This document shows positions 21,026 to 29,345 of a stretch of 34,518 bases of DNA, piece after piece. The first letter of the stretch is position 1. Every line of letters begins with the position of its first letter. A program made the position numbers and the translations under genes. A model generated the notes under the pieces. That model was given only the letters and a program-made list of their open reading frames with translations, ran no database searches and was not told the DNA's origin. Source of the stretch: Thiobacillaceae bacterium (lineage in GTDB: Bacteria > Pseudomonadota > Gammaproteobacteria > Burkholderiales > Thiobacillaceae); contig JBAWGM010000070.1 in NCBI GenBank assembly GCA_049592895.1, positions 1 to 34,518 on the forward strand. The letters run 5' to 3'.

Positions 21026-21595
21026 TTAGACGGTCATCAGTTCCGCTTCCTTGGTAGCCAGAGCCTTGTCGATTTCGGCGATGAACCGGTCGGTCAGTTT
21101 CTGCACATCGTCCTGCGCCCGGCGTTCCTCGTCCTCGCTGGCGGACTTGTTCTTGACCATTTCCTTCAGCGCCGTATTGGCATCGCGGCGAATATTGCGC
21201 ACCGCAACGCGGGCGCTTTCGGCTTCCACCCTGACGACCTTGGTCAGATCGCGGCGGCGCTCTTCGGTCAGCGCGGGCATGGGAACGCGGATCACGTCGC
21301 CCTGGGTTGCCGGATTGAGACCTAGATCAGCCTCGCGGATGGCCTTGTCCACTTTGCCGACCAGGTTCTTTTCCCAAGGCTGCACGCCAAGCGTACGGCT
21401 GTCGATGAGGGACACATTGGCAATCTGCGGGATCGGGGTAGGGTTGCCGTAATAATCCACCAGCACATGGTCAAGGATTCCGGTATGTGCCCGCCCGGTG
21501 CGCACCTTGCCCAAGTCGGCCTTCAAGGCTTCCAGCGTCTTCTGCATCTTGGCTTCGGTCGATCTTTTCACATCGGCTATGGTTTGGTCCGCCAT
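21026..21595 (-). CDS. frr: Ribosome recycling factor
   Basis: 189 aa with [35 protein letters not shown] lies upstream. Confidence 0.96.
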   Translation of the reverse strand: MADQTIADVKRSTEAKMQKTLEALKADLGKVRTGRAHTGILDHVLVDYYGNPTPIPQIANVSLIDSRTLGVQPWEKNLVGKVDKAIREADLGLNPATQGDVIRVPMPALTEERRRDLTKVVRVEAESARVAVRNIRRDANTALKEMVKNKSASEDEERRAQDDVQKLTDRFIAEIDKALATKEAELMTV

Positions 21596-21606
21596 TGTCG
21601 CTCTCC

Positions 21607-22341
21607 TTAACTCACGGTCACCCGGGTGCCTTCATCCTCGCCCGATACCACGCGCCTCAATGCGCCCGCCTTGAAAAGGCTGAACACGCCCAGCGGCATG
21701 TGGTTATCCCGGCACAAGGCCAAGGCGGTTGCATCCATAACCTGGAGCTTGTCCTGGATGGCGCGGTCGAAGCTCAGTTGGGCATAGCGAGTTGCGGCCG
21801 GATTCTTTATCGGGTCGTCGTTGTAGACACCGTCCACCTTGGTGGCCTTGAGCACGATATCCGCGCCCATCTCCATGCCGCGCAGCGCCGCCGCGGTATC
21901 AGTGGTAAAGAAAGGATTGCCGGTGCCGGCGCCAAAAATGACTATCTTGCCTTCTTCCAGGTAGCGCAGCGCCTTGCCACGAATGTAGGGCTCGGCCACC
22001 TGCTCCAGGTTCAGGGCCGACTGCACCCTGGATTCCAGTCCGGCGCGGCGCATGGCTTCCTGCAGCGCAAGCGCATTCATGACGGTGGCCAGCATGCCCA
22101 TGTAATCGGCGGTCGCCCGGTCCATTCCGGCTGCTCCCAGCGACACGCCGCGAAAAATGTTGCCGCCTCCGATCACCACGGCGATCTGCACGCCCATTTC
22201 GGCAACCTCCTTGATCTGGGCAACAATACCGTCCAGGGTTTCGCGGTTGATGCCATAGCTGTCCGACCCCATCAGGGCCTCGCCGGACAGCTTGAGCAGG
22301 ATGCGCTTGTAGACCGGCTTGGCCACGCTCGTTTCCCGCAC
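21607..22341 (-). CDS. pyrH: UMP kinase
   Basis: [17 protein letters not shown]-terminus. The start is GTG at 22341, 2 nt after the tsf stop; GTG at 22326 is an alternative. Confidence 0.95.
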   Translation of the reverse strand: MRETSVAKPVYKRILLKLSGEALMGSDSYGINRETLDGIVAQIKEVAEMGVQIAVVIGGGNIFRGVSLGAAGMDRATADYMGMLATVMNALALQEAMRRAGLESRVQSALNLEQVAEPYIRGKALRYLEEGKIVIFGAGTGNPFFTTDTAAALRGMEMGADIVLKATKVDGVYNDDPIKNPAATRYAQLSFDRAIQDKLQVMDATALALCRDNHMPLGVFSLFKAGALRRVVSGEDEGTRVTVS

Positions 22342-22343
22342 GC

Positions 22344-23225
22344 TCAGGCCTTGGCTGCCTGGGCCATCACTTCCGCAACGAAGTCATCCTTTTTCTTCTC
22401 AATCCCCTCGCCCACAATGTATAGGGCAAAATTGTTGACCGTCGCGCCTTTGGCCTTGAGCAGTTGCTCGATGGTCTGCTTATCGTCCTTGACGAAAGAC
22501 TGGCCCAGCAGGGTGACTTCCTTAAGATACTTGGCCACCGCGCCCTCCACCATCTTGGCAACGATTTCCGCCGGCTTGCCGGATTCGGCCGCCTTCTGGC
22601 TGGCCACCGAACGCTCCTTTTCGATCAGCTCGGCAGGCACGTTGTCGCGCGACAGGGAGACAGGCTTGGCTGCGGCAATGTGCATGGCCAAATCCTTTCC
22701 CAGTTGTTCGTCGCCACCGCTCACATCCACCAGCACGCCGATCTTGGCGCCGCCGTGCACGTAGCTGCTCAGCCTGCCCTTGGCCTCGATCCGCGCAAAA
22801 CGGCGCAGGCTCACGTTTTCACCAATCCGGCCCACCAGTTCGGTGCGAATCTGTTCCACCGCCTTTCCGTTCAGCATGAACGCGGACAGAATCGCAATGT
22901 CCGCCGGGTTGTTGCTCACGATCAGGCCGGCCAGGTCCCTGGCAAACGCCAGGAATTCATCGTTCTTGGCGACGAAATCGGTTTCGCAGTTGACTTCAAT
23001 TATGGCGCCGCGCTTGCCGTCGGTGTCGATCCGAATGCCAACCACGCCTTCCGCAGCGATCCGGCCTGCGGCCTTGCTGGCCTTGTTGCCGAACCTCACG
23101 CGCAGTATTTCCTCTGCCCTGGCCATATCGCCCTCCGCCTCGTTCAGAGCCTTCTTGCAATCCATCATTGGCGCGTCAGTCCGTTCACGCAGTTCTTTCA
23201 CCATGCCGGCGGAAATTTCAGCCAT
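22344..23225 (-). CDS. tsf: Translation elongation factor Ts
   Basis: 293 aa with [39 protein letters not shown]. Confidence 0.97.
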   Translation of the reverse strand: MAEISAGMVKELRERTDAPMMDCKKALNEAEGDMARAEEILRVRFGNKASKAAGRIAAEGVVGIRIDTDGKRGAIIEVNCETDFVAKNDEFLAFARDLAGLIVSNNPADIAILSAFMLNGKAVEQIRTELVGRIGENVSLRRFARIEAKGRLSSYVHGGAKIGVLVDVSGGDEQLGKDLAMHIAAAKPVSLSRDNVPAELIEKERSVASQKAAESGKPAEIVAKMVEGAVAKYLKEVTLLGQSFVKDDKQTIEQLLKAKGATVNNFALYIVGEGIEKKKDDFVAEVMAQAAKA

Positions 23226-23262
23226 TTCTTGCTCCTAAGTTTCAAAACGCTTGGGTCACGCG

Positions 23263-23286
23263 AAAAGAGGGGCTCGCGCCCCTCTT
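23263..23286 (-). terminator. rpsB-tsf intergenic stem-loop (attenuator or partial terminator)
   Basis: On the minus strand: AAGAGGGGC-GCGA-GCCCCTCTT (9-bp stem) followed by TT. The stem plus tail gives CCCCUCUUUU. The site lies between the rpsB stop (23307) and the tsf start (23225). Confidence 0.5.
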
Positions 23287-23306
23287 GCGGATACTGACCC
23301 GACTCA

Positions 23307-24044
23307 TCACTCCGCCGTGGGCGTTTCCGCCTCTTCGACAAACTCGTCCGCGGTCACGATCTCCTGGATGATGTGTGCACGGCCTTCCAGCACGGCGTCG
23401 GCCACCCCGCGCGCGTACAGGCGGATGGCGCGGCTTGAGTCATCATTGCCAGGAATCACGTAATCCACACCTTCCGGACTGTTGTTGGTGTCGACCACGC
23501 CGATCACCGGGATGCCCAATTTCTGGGCTTCGGTAATGGCGCCTTTCTGATACCCCACATCGATCACGAACAGGGCATCGGGCAGGCCGCCCATATCGCG
23601 GATGCCGTGCAGGCTGCGGTTCAGCTTGTCCACTTCCCGCTCCAGCATCAGAGCTTCCTTCTTGGACAGCTTGCCGGCTTCCGCCAGGGCCGCTTCCGTA
23701 TCCTTGAGGCGCTTGACCGACAGCTTGACAGTCTTGAAGTTGGTCAACATGCCGCCCAACCAGCGATGACTGACATAGGGCATGCCGGCACGCGCCGCTT
23801 CCTCGGCAACAATTTCGCGCGCCTGGCGTTTGGTGCCGACAAACAAGATGGTGCCCTTGTTGGAGGCCAGTTGATGCACGAACTTCATCGCTTCCTCAAA
23901 CAGCGGGAGCGACTTTTCCAGGTTGACGATGTGAATCTTATTGCGATGGCCGAAAATGTAGGGGGCCATCTTGGGATTCCAGTAACGGGTCTGGTGGCCG
24001 AAATGAACACCGGCCTCCAGCATTTGACGCATGGTCACGGACAT
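23307..24044 (-). CDS. rpsB: 30S ribosomal protein S2
   Basis: [27 protein letters not shown] set the start at ATG 24044 with AAGGAAG SD 5 nt upstream. The ORF extension to 24122 is 5' leader. Confidence 0.96.
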   Translation of the reverse strand: MSVTMRQMLEAGVHFGHQTRYWNPKMAPYIFGHRNKIHIVNLEKSLPLFEEAMKFVHQLASNKGTILFVGTKRQAREIVAEEAARAGMPYVSHRWLGGMLTNFKTVKLSVKRLKDTEAALAEAGKLSKKEALMLEREVDKLNRSLHGIRDMGGLPDALFVIDVGYQKGAITEAQKLGIPVIGVVDTNNSPEGVDYVIPGNDDSSRAIRLYARGVADAVLEGRAHIIQEIVTADEFVEEAETPTAE

Positions 24045-24163
24045 ATAACTTCCTTCTGCAAAGGTTGGGCCTCCACCCGCCAGGCGCCGCAAGCTGCACG
24101 GCGCACCTTTGGTTCCATCCATGATGGAGCGGGTGTGTGAATTTGTTCGGACGAATCTGAACA
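24045..24163 (-). promoter_or_regulatory. Structured rpsB 5' leader (candidate S2 autoregulatory element)
   Basis: A GC hairpin pairs GCGCCG (24084-24089) with CGGCGC (24099-24104). It is enclosed by a 7-bp long-range stem, 24059-24065 with 24105-24111, whose 3' arm abuts the SD. The length depends on the predicted promoter below. Confidence 0.4.
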
Positions 24164-24170
24164 GTCGGCT

Positions 24171-24200
24171 ATATTAGCTTAATTAAGCCCTTCTTTTCAA
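24171..24200 (-). promoter_or_regulatory. Candidate sigma70 promoter of rpsB-tsf
   Basis: On the minus strand: TTGAAA (24200-24195), an 18-nt spacer, then TAATAT (24176-24171). This sits in an AT-rich patch about 125 nt upstream of the rpsB ATG. Confidence 0.5.
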
Positions 24201-24707
24201 GGCGAAATTCGGCCAAGAAGGCGCACCTGGGTTAACTTGGAGTTCGTCGTTAGGGAAACAGTGCCCAGATCAACAGATCCGATGGCGCCGGCAGCCTGAA
24301 CCAGGTCAGATCGTCTTCAGTCTTCAATTGATTTGCCCGCGGCTCCGAAGTTCAAACATCCGGATCAAGTTCCGCCTTTCTTTCTTCGCAATGCTTGAGC
24401 AGATCGCATGTCCTGATGAAAACCTTTCTGACATCGCATCTGCCCTTGGGCGTGCACGGCCGTTAACCATTCGCCGGGACTATTCGCAAATTCCGGCGCC
24501 CTCCCTCATTGCTGCTCATCCTTCACCCCACTCTTTGGGCACTGCGGGTTCGGATTTGAGACCGCCAAATGGGCGGTAAGCTCTGACGAATGCGGCGTCG
24601 ATTACGTTGGATAATTGCAAGTTCGTGAGACCAACCAGGCGATATGCCAAAAGCACAGCCGCTGGCCTGTCGATCGAGGCACAGGAGTTAAAATAGTCAT
24701 TTGTTTG

Positions 24708-25523
24708 ATGAGCAATTCCATGCCCGTTGGCGTAAAAACCCCTGAGGAAGTCGAAAAAATGCGCGTTGCCGGGCGGCTGGGCGCCGAGCTACTCGACTTC
24801 ATCACGCCCCACGTCAAGGTCGGTGTCACGACGGACGAGCTCGATCGCCTGTGCCATGACTACATGGTGAATGTGCAACACACCATCCCCGCACCGCTCA
24901 ATTATGCGCCGCCCGGCCATGCGCCCTACCCCAGGTCAATATGTACATCGATCAACCATCAGGTGTGTCACGGGGTGCCCGGCGACCGCAAGCTGAAAAA
25001 CGGTGACATCGTCAATATCGACGTCACCGTCATCAAGGATGGCTGGCACGGCGACACCTCGCGGATGTTCTTTGTCGGCGAACCGTCGATCCAGGCGCGC
25101 AGGCTCGTACAAGTCACCTACGAAGCCATGTGGGCGGGAATCACTGGAGTCGCGCCGGGCGTGCAGCTGGGGGACATCGGGCACCGCATCCAGACGCAGG
25201 CCGAAGGCAATGGCTATTCCGTGGTGCGGGAATTCTGCGGCCATGGCATCGGCCGGAGATTCCATGAAGATCCGCAAGTCCTGCACTATGGCAAGCCGGG
25301 CACCGGACTCGTCCTCCAGCAGGGCATGACTTTCACCATCGAACCCATGATCAACGCTGGCAAGAAAGACATCCGCCAGCTGGCCGACGGTTGGACCATC
25401 GTGACCAAGGATCACAGCCTGTCCGCCCAGTGGGAACACACTGTTTTGGTCACCGATACCGGCTACGAGGTGCTGACCCTGTCGGCCGGCAGCCCCGCCC
25501 CGCCCGCCCTTCCGCCAAGATGA
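24708..25523 (+). CDS. map: Type I methionine aminopeptidase
   Basis: ...VKTPEEVEKMRVAGRLGAELLDFI... parallels E. coli Map. Metal ligand contexts are present: DIVNIDVTV, HGIG, EPM, EHT. The start is ATG 24708, or 24720. The ORF extension from 24615 is unlikely. Confidence 0.94.
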   Translation: MSNSMPVGVKTPEEVEKMRVAGRLGAELLDFITPHVKVGVTTDELDRLCHDYMVNVQHTIPAPLNYAPPGHAPYPRSICTSINHQVCHGVPGDRKLKNGDIVNIDVTVIKDGWHGDTSRMFFVGEPSIQARRLVQVTYEAMWAGITGVAPGVQLGDIGHRIQTQAEGNGYSVVREFCGHGIGRRFHEDPQVLHYGKPGTGLVLQQGMTFTIEPMINAGKKDIRQLADGWTIVTKDHSLSAQWEHTVLVTDTGYEVLTLSAGSPAPPALPPR

Positions 25524-28081
25524 TCGCGTCCGCGCAGGCGACGCCGCACGCCGCCCTCCGGGCGCGACTGAAGGAGGGCCGCGACGAGTTGACGCGACAG
25601 TTTCTTGCCCGGCCACGGCCCCGAACTTACCTGCGCCAGCACGCCCGGCTGGTGGATAAGTTGCTGCAGGAATTGAGCGCGCAACTCCTGCCCCCGCACA
25701 TGGCGGTGCTTGCGGTGGGAGGCTATGGACGCGGAGAACTCTATCCCGCCTCGGACGTGGATGTGCTGCTGCTGCTCGCGGCAGAGCCCGGCAGCACTGA
25801 CCAGGCGGCAGTGGAAGCCTGGATCCAGGCGTGCTGGGATGCGGGATTGGAAATCGGCCACAGCGTACGCACGGTAGGCGACTGCATGGACGAGGCTGCG
25901 CAGGATATCAGTGTGGAAACTGCGCTGCTGGAGGCGCGTCTGCTGTGGGGCAACCGGGCCTTGCACAAGCTGTTCAGCCAGCGCTTTCAGGAGCGTTTCA
26001 GAGCAGGCCGCTTCGTCGAGGCGAAACTGCTGGAGGCCCGCGCCCGCCACATCCGCTTCGAGGACAGCGCCTACAAGCTTGAGCCCAATGTCAAGGAAAG
26101 CCCCGGTGGCCTGCGCGATCTGCAGGTCGTCATGTGGCTGGCGCGCGCCGGCGGCGTAACTCCTACCTGGAACGGGCTGGTGCGAGCCGGCCTGCTTGGC
26201 CTCGCGGAGGCGCGCCGGATCGCGTCCAAGGAAGCCGCTCTTGCCCTGCTGCGCATCCATCTTCATTTGCTTGCGCGGCGCCGCGAAGACCGTCTGGCAT
26301 TCGACTTTCAGGCTGAACTGGCAGGCCGGATCGGCCTGCCTCCAGCCACCGAAAGACGTGCCAGCGAGCAACTCATGCAGCGCTATTACCGGGCGGCCCG
26401 GCAGGTCATGCTGATCTATGAAATCCTCTGTCCAGCCCTGCAGCAACTGATTTCCCCGATCAGCCAGCCATCCCAGCCGATCGACGATGAGTTCGTGTTG
26501 CGCGGCAACGCCGTTGGCTTGTGTGATCAACAACTCTTTGAGCGCGATCCCACGGCCATCCTGCGCGCCTTTCTGGCCGCCATGCAGCACCTGTCGATTC
26601 CGGCCTTTGAGGCCGCCGCCTTGCGCGCCCTGTGGCGCGCGCATCGCCTGATCGACACCGGCTTTCGCGCCAATCCGAGCAACCTGGCTACATTCCTCAA
26701 CATCCTGCGGCAACCCAGCGGAGTGACCTGGGCGCTGCAGGCGATGAGCCGCTACGGCATCCTGGGCCGCTATATTCCCGCCTTCGGCCGCGTCACCGGC
26801 CAAATGCAGCATGACCTGTTTCACGTCTACACCGTGGATGAGCACATCCTGATCGTGCTAAGAAACGTGCGCCGTTTTACCGTCACTGAATTCGCCCACG
26901 AATACCCGTTGGCCTCGCGCCTGATAGCCGAATTTGACCGGCCCGAACTGCTCTACCTGGCTGCCCTGTTCCATGACATTGCCAAGGGACGGGGCGGCGA
27001 CCATTCCAAACTCGGCGGTGTCGACGCGCGCCGCTTTTGCCGTCAACACGGTTTGCCCCGGGAAGACAGCGAACTGGTCGCGTGGCTGGTGCAGGAACAC
27101 TTGTCCCTATCGCGCACCGCGCAAAAGGAAGATCTGAGCGACCCGGAAGTCATCGCCGCATTTGCCGCCAAAGTCGGCACGCCGCGGCGACTCGCTGCGC
27201 TGTATATTCTTACGGTGGCAGATATCCGGGGCACCAGCCCCAAGGTCTGGAACGCGTGGAAAGGGAAGCTGCTTGAAGACTTGTATTATTCCACCCTCGC
27301 CCGTCTGAGCGGGCGCCAGGACACCAGCGACTACCAGGCCAAACAGAATGAAGCGCGGGTGAAACTGGCTCTCTATGGCATCCGGCCCGACGCGGCGGAT
27401 GAACTGTGGGAGGCCCTGGACGAAAGCTACTTCCTGCGCTTCGAGCCTCAGGAAATCGCCTGGCATGCGCGCATGCTGTGGCAGAAACAGAATCATCGCG
27501 CCGCGGTGGTCAGGGCGCGGCTATCCCCGGTCGGCGAGGGGATACAGGTGCTCGTCTATTGCCCTGACCAGGAGGACCTGTTTGCCCGCATTTGCAGTTT
27601 TTTTGCCCGCCACCAGTTCAACGTGGTTGAGGCCAAGATCCATACGACGCGCAAAGGTTTTGCGCTGGACAGTTTTCAGGTTCTGGACGACGCTCAGCGC
27701 GATATCCGTTACCGGGACTTTCTTCCGTTTGTCGAGCACGAGTTGGCCCGCGCCCTGGATACTTCAACTGCCCCGGTCCCGGTGCCTGCCGCCCGCATAT
27801 CCCGGCGGCTCAAACATTTTCCCATTCAGCCCCAGGTCGAAATCCGCCCCGACGAACGGGGGCGCTATCACATCTTGTCCATCACCTGCGGGGATCGGGT
27901 AGGGCTGTTGCACAGCGTTGCCCAGGTATTCCTGCGCCACGGCATCGATCTATATAGCGCCAAAATTCTGACTTTGGGCGAGCGGGTGGAAGATCGCTTC
28001 CTGATTAGGGGAGACAGCCTGGCCAAGCAAAAATCGCTGCTTTCCCTTGAACAGGATCTGTTGGCCGCCTTGAGCTTGTAG
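25520..28081 (+). CDS. glnD: Bifunctional uridylyltransferase/uridylyl-removing enzyme (PII uridylyltransferase)
   Basis: 853 aa. It has a nucleotidyltransferase N-terminal region (GGYGRGELYPASDVDVLLL), an HD domain (LAALFHDIAKG) and two C-terminal ACT-like domains. The ATG at 25520 overlaps the map TGA (ATGA). Confidence 0.94.
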   Translation: MIASAQATPHAALRARLKEGRDELTRQFLARPRPRTYLRQHARLVDKLLQELSAQLLPPHMAVLAVGGYGRGELYPASDVDVLLLLAAEPGSTDQAAVEAWIQACWDAGLEIGHSVRTVGDCMDEAAQDISVETALLEARLLWGNRALHKLFSQRFQERFRAGRFVEAKLLEARARHIRFEDSAYKLEPNVKESPGGLRDLQVVMWLARAGGVTPTWNGLVRAGLLGLAEARRIASKEAALALLRIHLHLLARRREDRLAFDFQAELAGRIGLPPATERRASEQLMQRYYRAARQVMLIYEILCPALQQLISPISQPSQPIDDEFVLRGNAVGLCDQQLFERDPTAILRAFLAAMQHLSIPAFEAAALRALWRAHRLIDTGFRANPSNLATFLNILRQPSGVTWALQAMSRYGILGRYIPAFGRVTGQMQHDLFHVYTVDEHILIVLRNVRRFTVTEFAHEYPLASRLIAEFDRPELLYLAALFHDIAKGRGGDHSKLGGVDARRFCRQHGLPREDSELVAWLVQEHLSLSRTAQKEDLSDPEVIAAFAAKVGTPRRLAALYILTVADIRGTSPKVWNAWKGKLLEDLYYSTLARLSGRQDTSDYQAKQNEARVKLALYGIRPDAADELWEALDESYFLRFEPQEIAWHARMLWQKQNHRAAVVRARLSPVGEGIQVLVYCPDQEDLFARICSFFARHQFNVVEAKIHTTRKGFALDSFQVLDDAQRDIRYRDFLPFVEHELARALDTSTAPVPVPAARISRRLKHFPIQPQVEIRPDERGRYHILSITCGDRVGLLHSVAQVFLRHGIDLYSAKILTLGERVEDRFLIRGDSLAKQKSLLSLEQDLLAALSL

Positions 28082-28083
28082 CT

Positions 28084-28314
28084 TTAACCTGCCGGGCGCG
28101 CGTATTCGTCGATGTAGCGGCCGCGGGCAGGCGCTTTGCGTGGTGTAGCGGGCTTCTCGCGGTTGCCGGTACGGCTTGAGCGAGACTTTTCTGCCGCGGG
28201 TTGCTGGTGCGAGCGGCGCTGGCCCGGTTTGATGCCGCCCGTGCCTATAATTCCACCTACCGGTTCTTCGGCAAACTGAAGCGAAATCCAATCAGCGTGT
28301 AGTAATTGTTTCAT
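28084..28314 (-). CDS. Hypothetical small basic protein (76 aa), function unknown
   Basis: ATG at 28314 lies 14 nt after the stop of the upstream small ORF. The sequence is MKQLLHADWISLQFAEEPVGG... followed by an R/K/P/S-rich tail ending RGRYIDEYARPAG. There is no strong SD and I recognise no family. The gene call rests on ORF position only. Confidence 0.35.
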   Translation of the reverse strand: MKQLLHADWISLQFAEEPVGGIIGTGGIKPGQRRSHQQPAAEKSRSSRTGNREKPATPRKAPARGRYIDEYARPAG

Positions 28315-28328
28315 CTGCTTGATCCGGT

Positions 28329-28697
28329 TCAGGCCGCGACCGGCCAGTTCTTCAGGCTGGCTGCCAGATTGCGGGTCAACGCGATCAGCGGACCCAGTTT
28401 GTCCTGCCCCGGCTGCTCGGCAAACTCGCTGAGCTTGCCATCCGCATAGACCGACAAAATAAGCAGGTTTTGCCGCACTTCCAGCGGCAGATCCAGATGG
28501 TCCATGGCCAGTGCATCCTGCACATCGTGCCAGACGGCATGGTTGGCCTCCATGGCCAAGGCGAGTCGGGCTTCGCAATCCGGCGCCCGCCAGTTGCTCA
28601 TGCAGGCCATCAACAGGGCGGCGGCCCCATGCAGGCGTTCAGCATCCACGGGTAGCATGGGGTGGATAAGTGCCGATAAGTGTGGGCTTGGGTTCAC
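28329..28697 (-). CDS. Hypothetical protein (about 122 aa) with a remote FlaF-like sequence pattern
   Basis: Tentative GTG start at 28697, with AGGAAA about 8 nt upstream; ATG 28658 is an alternative. ...AMEANHAVWHDVQDAL..DLPLEVRQNLLILSVY...LIALTRNLAASL resembles the FlaF layout (..W..L....N.LP..LR..L.SL......I..N..I..GL) from memory. The larger ORF to 28991 overlaps def. Confidence 0.45.
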   Translation of the reverse strand: MNPSPHLSALIHPMLPVDAERLHGAAALLMACMSNWRAPDCEARLALAMEANHAVWHDVQDALAMDHLDLPLEVRQNLLILSVYADGKLSEFAEQPGQDKLGPLIALTRNLAASLKNWPVAA

Positions 28698-28809
28698 GGG
28701 ATTTTCCTGCTCAATATGCCGCTCTGCGCAGCGTTCAGTACAGTTAGCGGTGCAGAGCAGGCAGCCCTTTAGGCCGTTCGTCAGCCAGGGAATGGCCCCC
28801 CCACCACGC

Positions 28810-29343
28810 TTATTCGTCCGTAAGCGCCTGACCCGGGAAAAGTACCTCGCTGAAGCCAAAATTGCGCAAGTCGGCAATGCGCATGGGGTAGAGCACGCCA
28901 AATAGATGATCCACCTCGTGTTGAACCACCCTTGCATGAAACCCGTCCACGGTCCGGTCGATCGGATTGCCAGCCCCATCCCTGCCCTCATAGCGCAGCC
29001 TCTTGTAACGCGGCACCAGACCGCGCATCCCGGGCAGGGAAAGGCAGCCTTCCCACCCTTCCTCGAGTTCTTGGGTCAATGGAGTGAGGCGCGGGTTGAC
29101 CAGCACGGTAAACGGCACCGGCTCGGCCAGGGGGTAACGAGGATTGGAGTCCACCTCAAAAATCGCCACCTGAAGATTCACCCCGATCTGCGGCGCCGCA
29201 AGACCCGCGCCATCGAGCGCCCGCATGGTGTCGGTCATGTCCTCAATCAAACTGGCCAGCGACGCCGTGCCGAATGCCTCCACCGGCCTGGATGGCGCCA
29301 GCAACCGAGCATCGCCCATCTTGAGAACGTCTCTAACGGCCAT
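28810..29343 (-). CDS. def: Peptide deformylase
   Basis: Motifs GAGLAAPQIG, EGCLSLPG and QHEVDHL are present. I set the start at ATG 29343 (MAVRDVLKMGD...), 2 nt after the mtnP stop. Confidence 0.94.
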   Translation of the reverse strand: MAVRDVLKMGDARLLAPSRPVEAFGTASLASLIEDMTDTMRALDGAGLAAPQIGVNLQVAIFEVDSNPRYPLAEPVPFTVLVNPRLTPLTQELEEGWEGCLSLPGMRGLVPRYKRLRYEGRDGAGNPIDRTVDGFHARVVQHEVDHLFGVLYPMRIADLRNFGFSEVLFPGQALTDE

Positions 29344-29345
29344 GG

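Noticed and set aside
24286-24312. GCAGCCTGAACCAGGTCAG, reminiscent of the SRP (4.5S) RNA motif ACCAGGUCAGGUCCGGAAGGAAGCAGCC.
   Set aside because: Only the CCAGGTCAG nonamer matches. The GGAAGGAAGCAGCC half and the pairing partner of domain IV are absent on both strands.
24328-24579. 83-aa TTG-initiated ORF in the rpsB-map spacer.
   Set aside because: It has no SD at either the TTG or the internal ATG (24391), atypical composition and no family motifs. I keep it only as a possible pseudogene trace within the unexplained-spacer finding.
28084-28314. The 76-aa ORF considered as an FlbT partner of the FlaF-like ORF.
   Set aside because: Its sequence (MKQLLHADWISLQFAEEPV... followed by a basic disordered tail) bears no resemblance to FlbT as I remember it. 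I keep it as an unknown.
28698-28991. The upstream part of the 220-aa ORF 28329-28991, which overlaps the def 3' end by 182 nt.
   Set aside because: The overlap with a well-supported def gene is implausible and the extension is Cys/Arg-rich junk-like sequence. An SD-preceded GTG at 28697 gives a compact 122-aa product.
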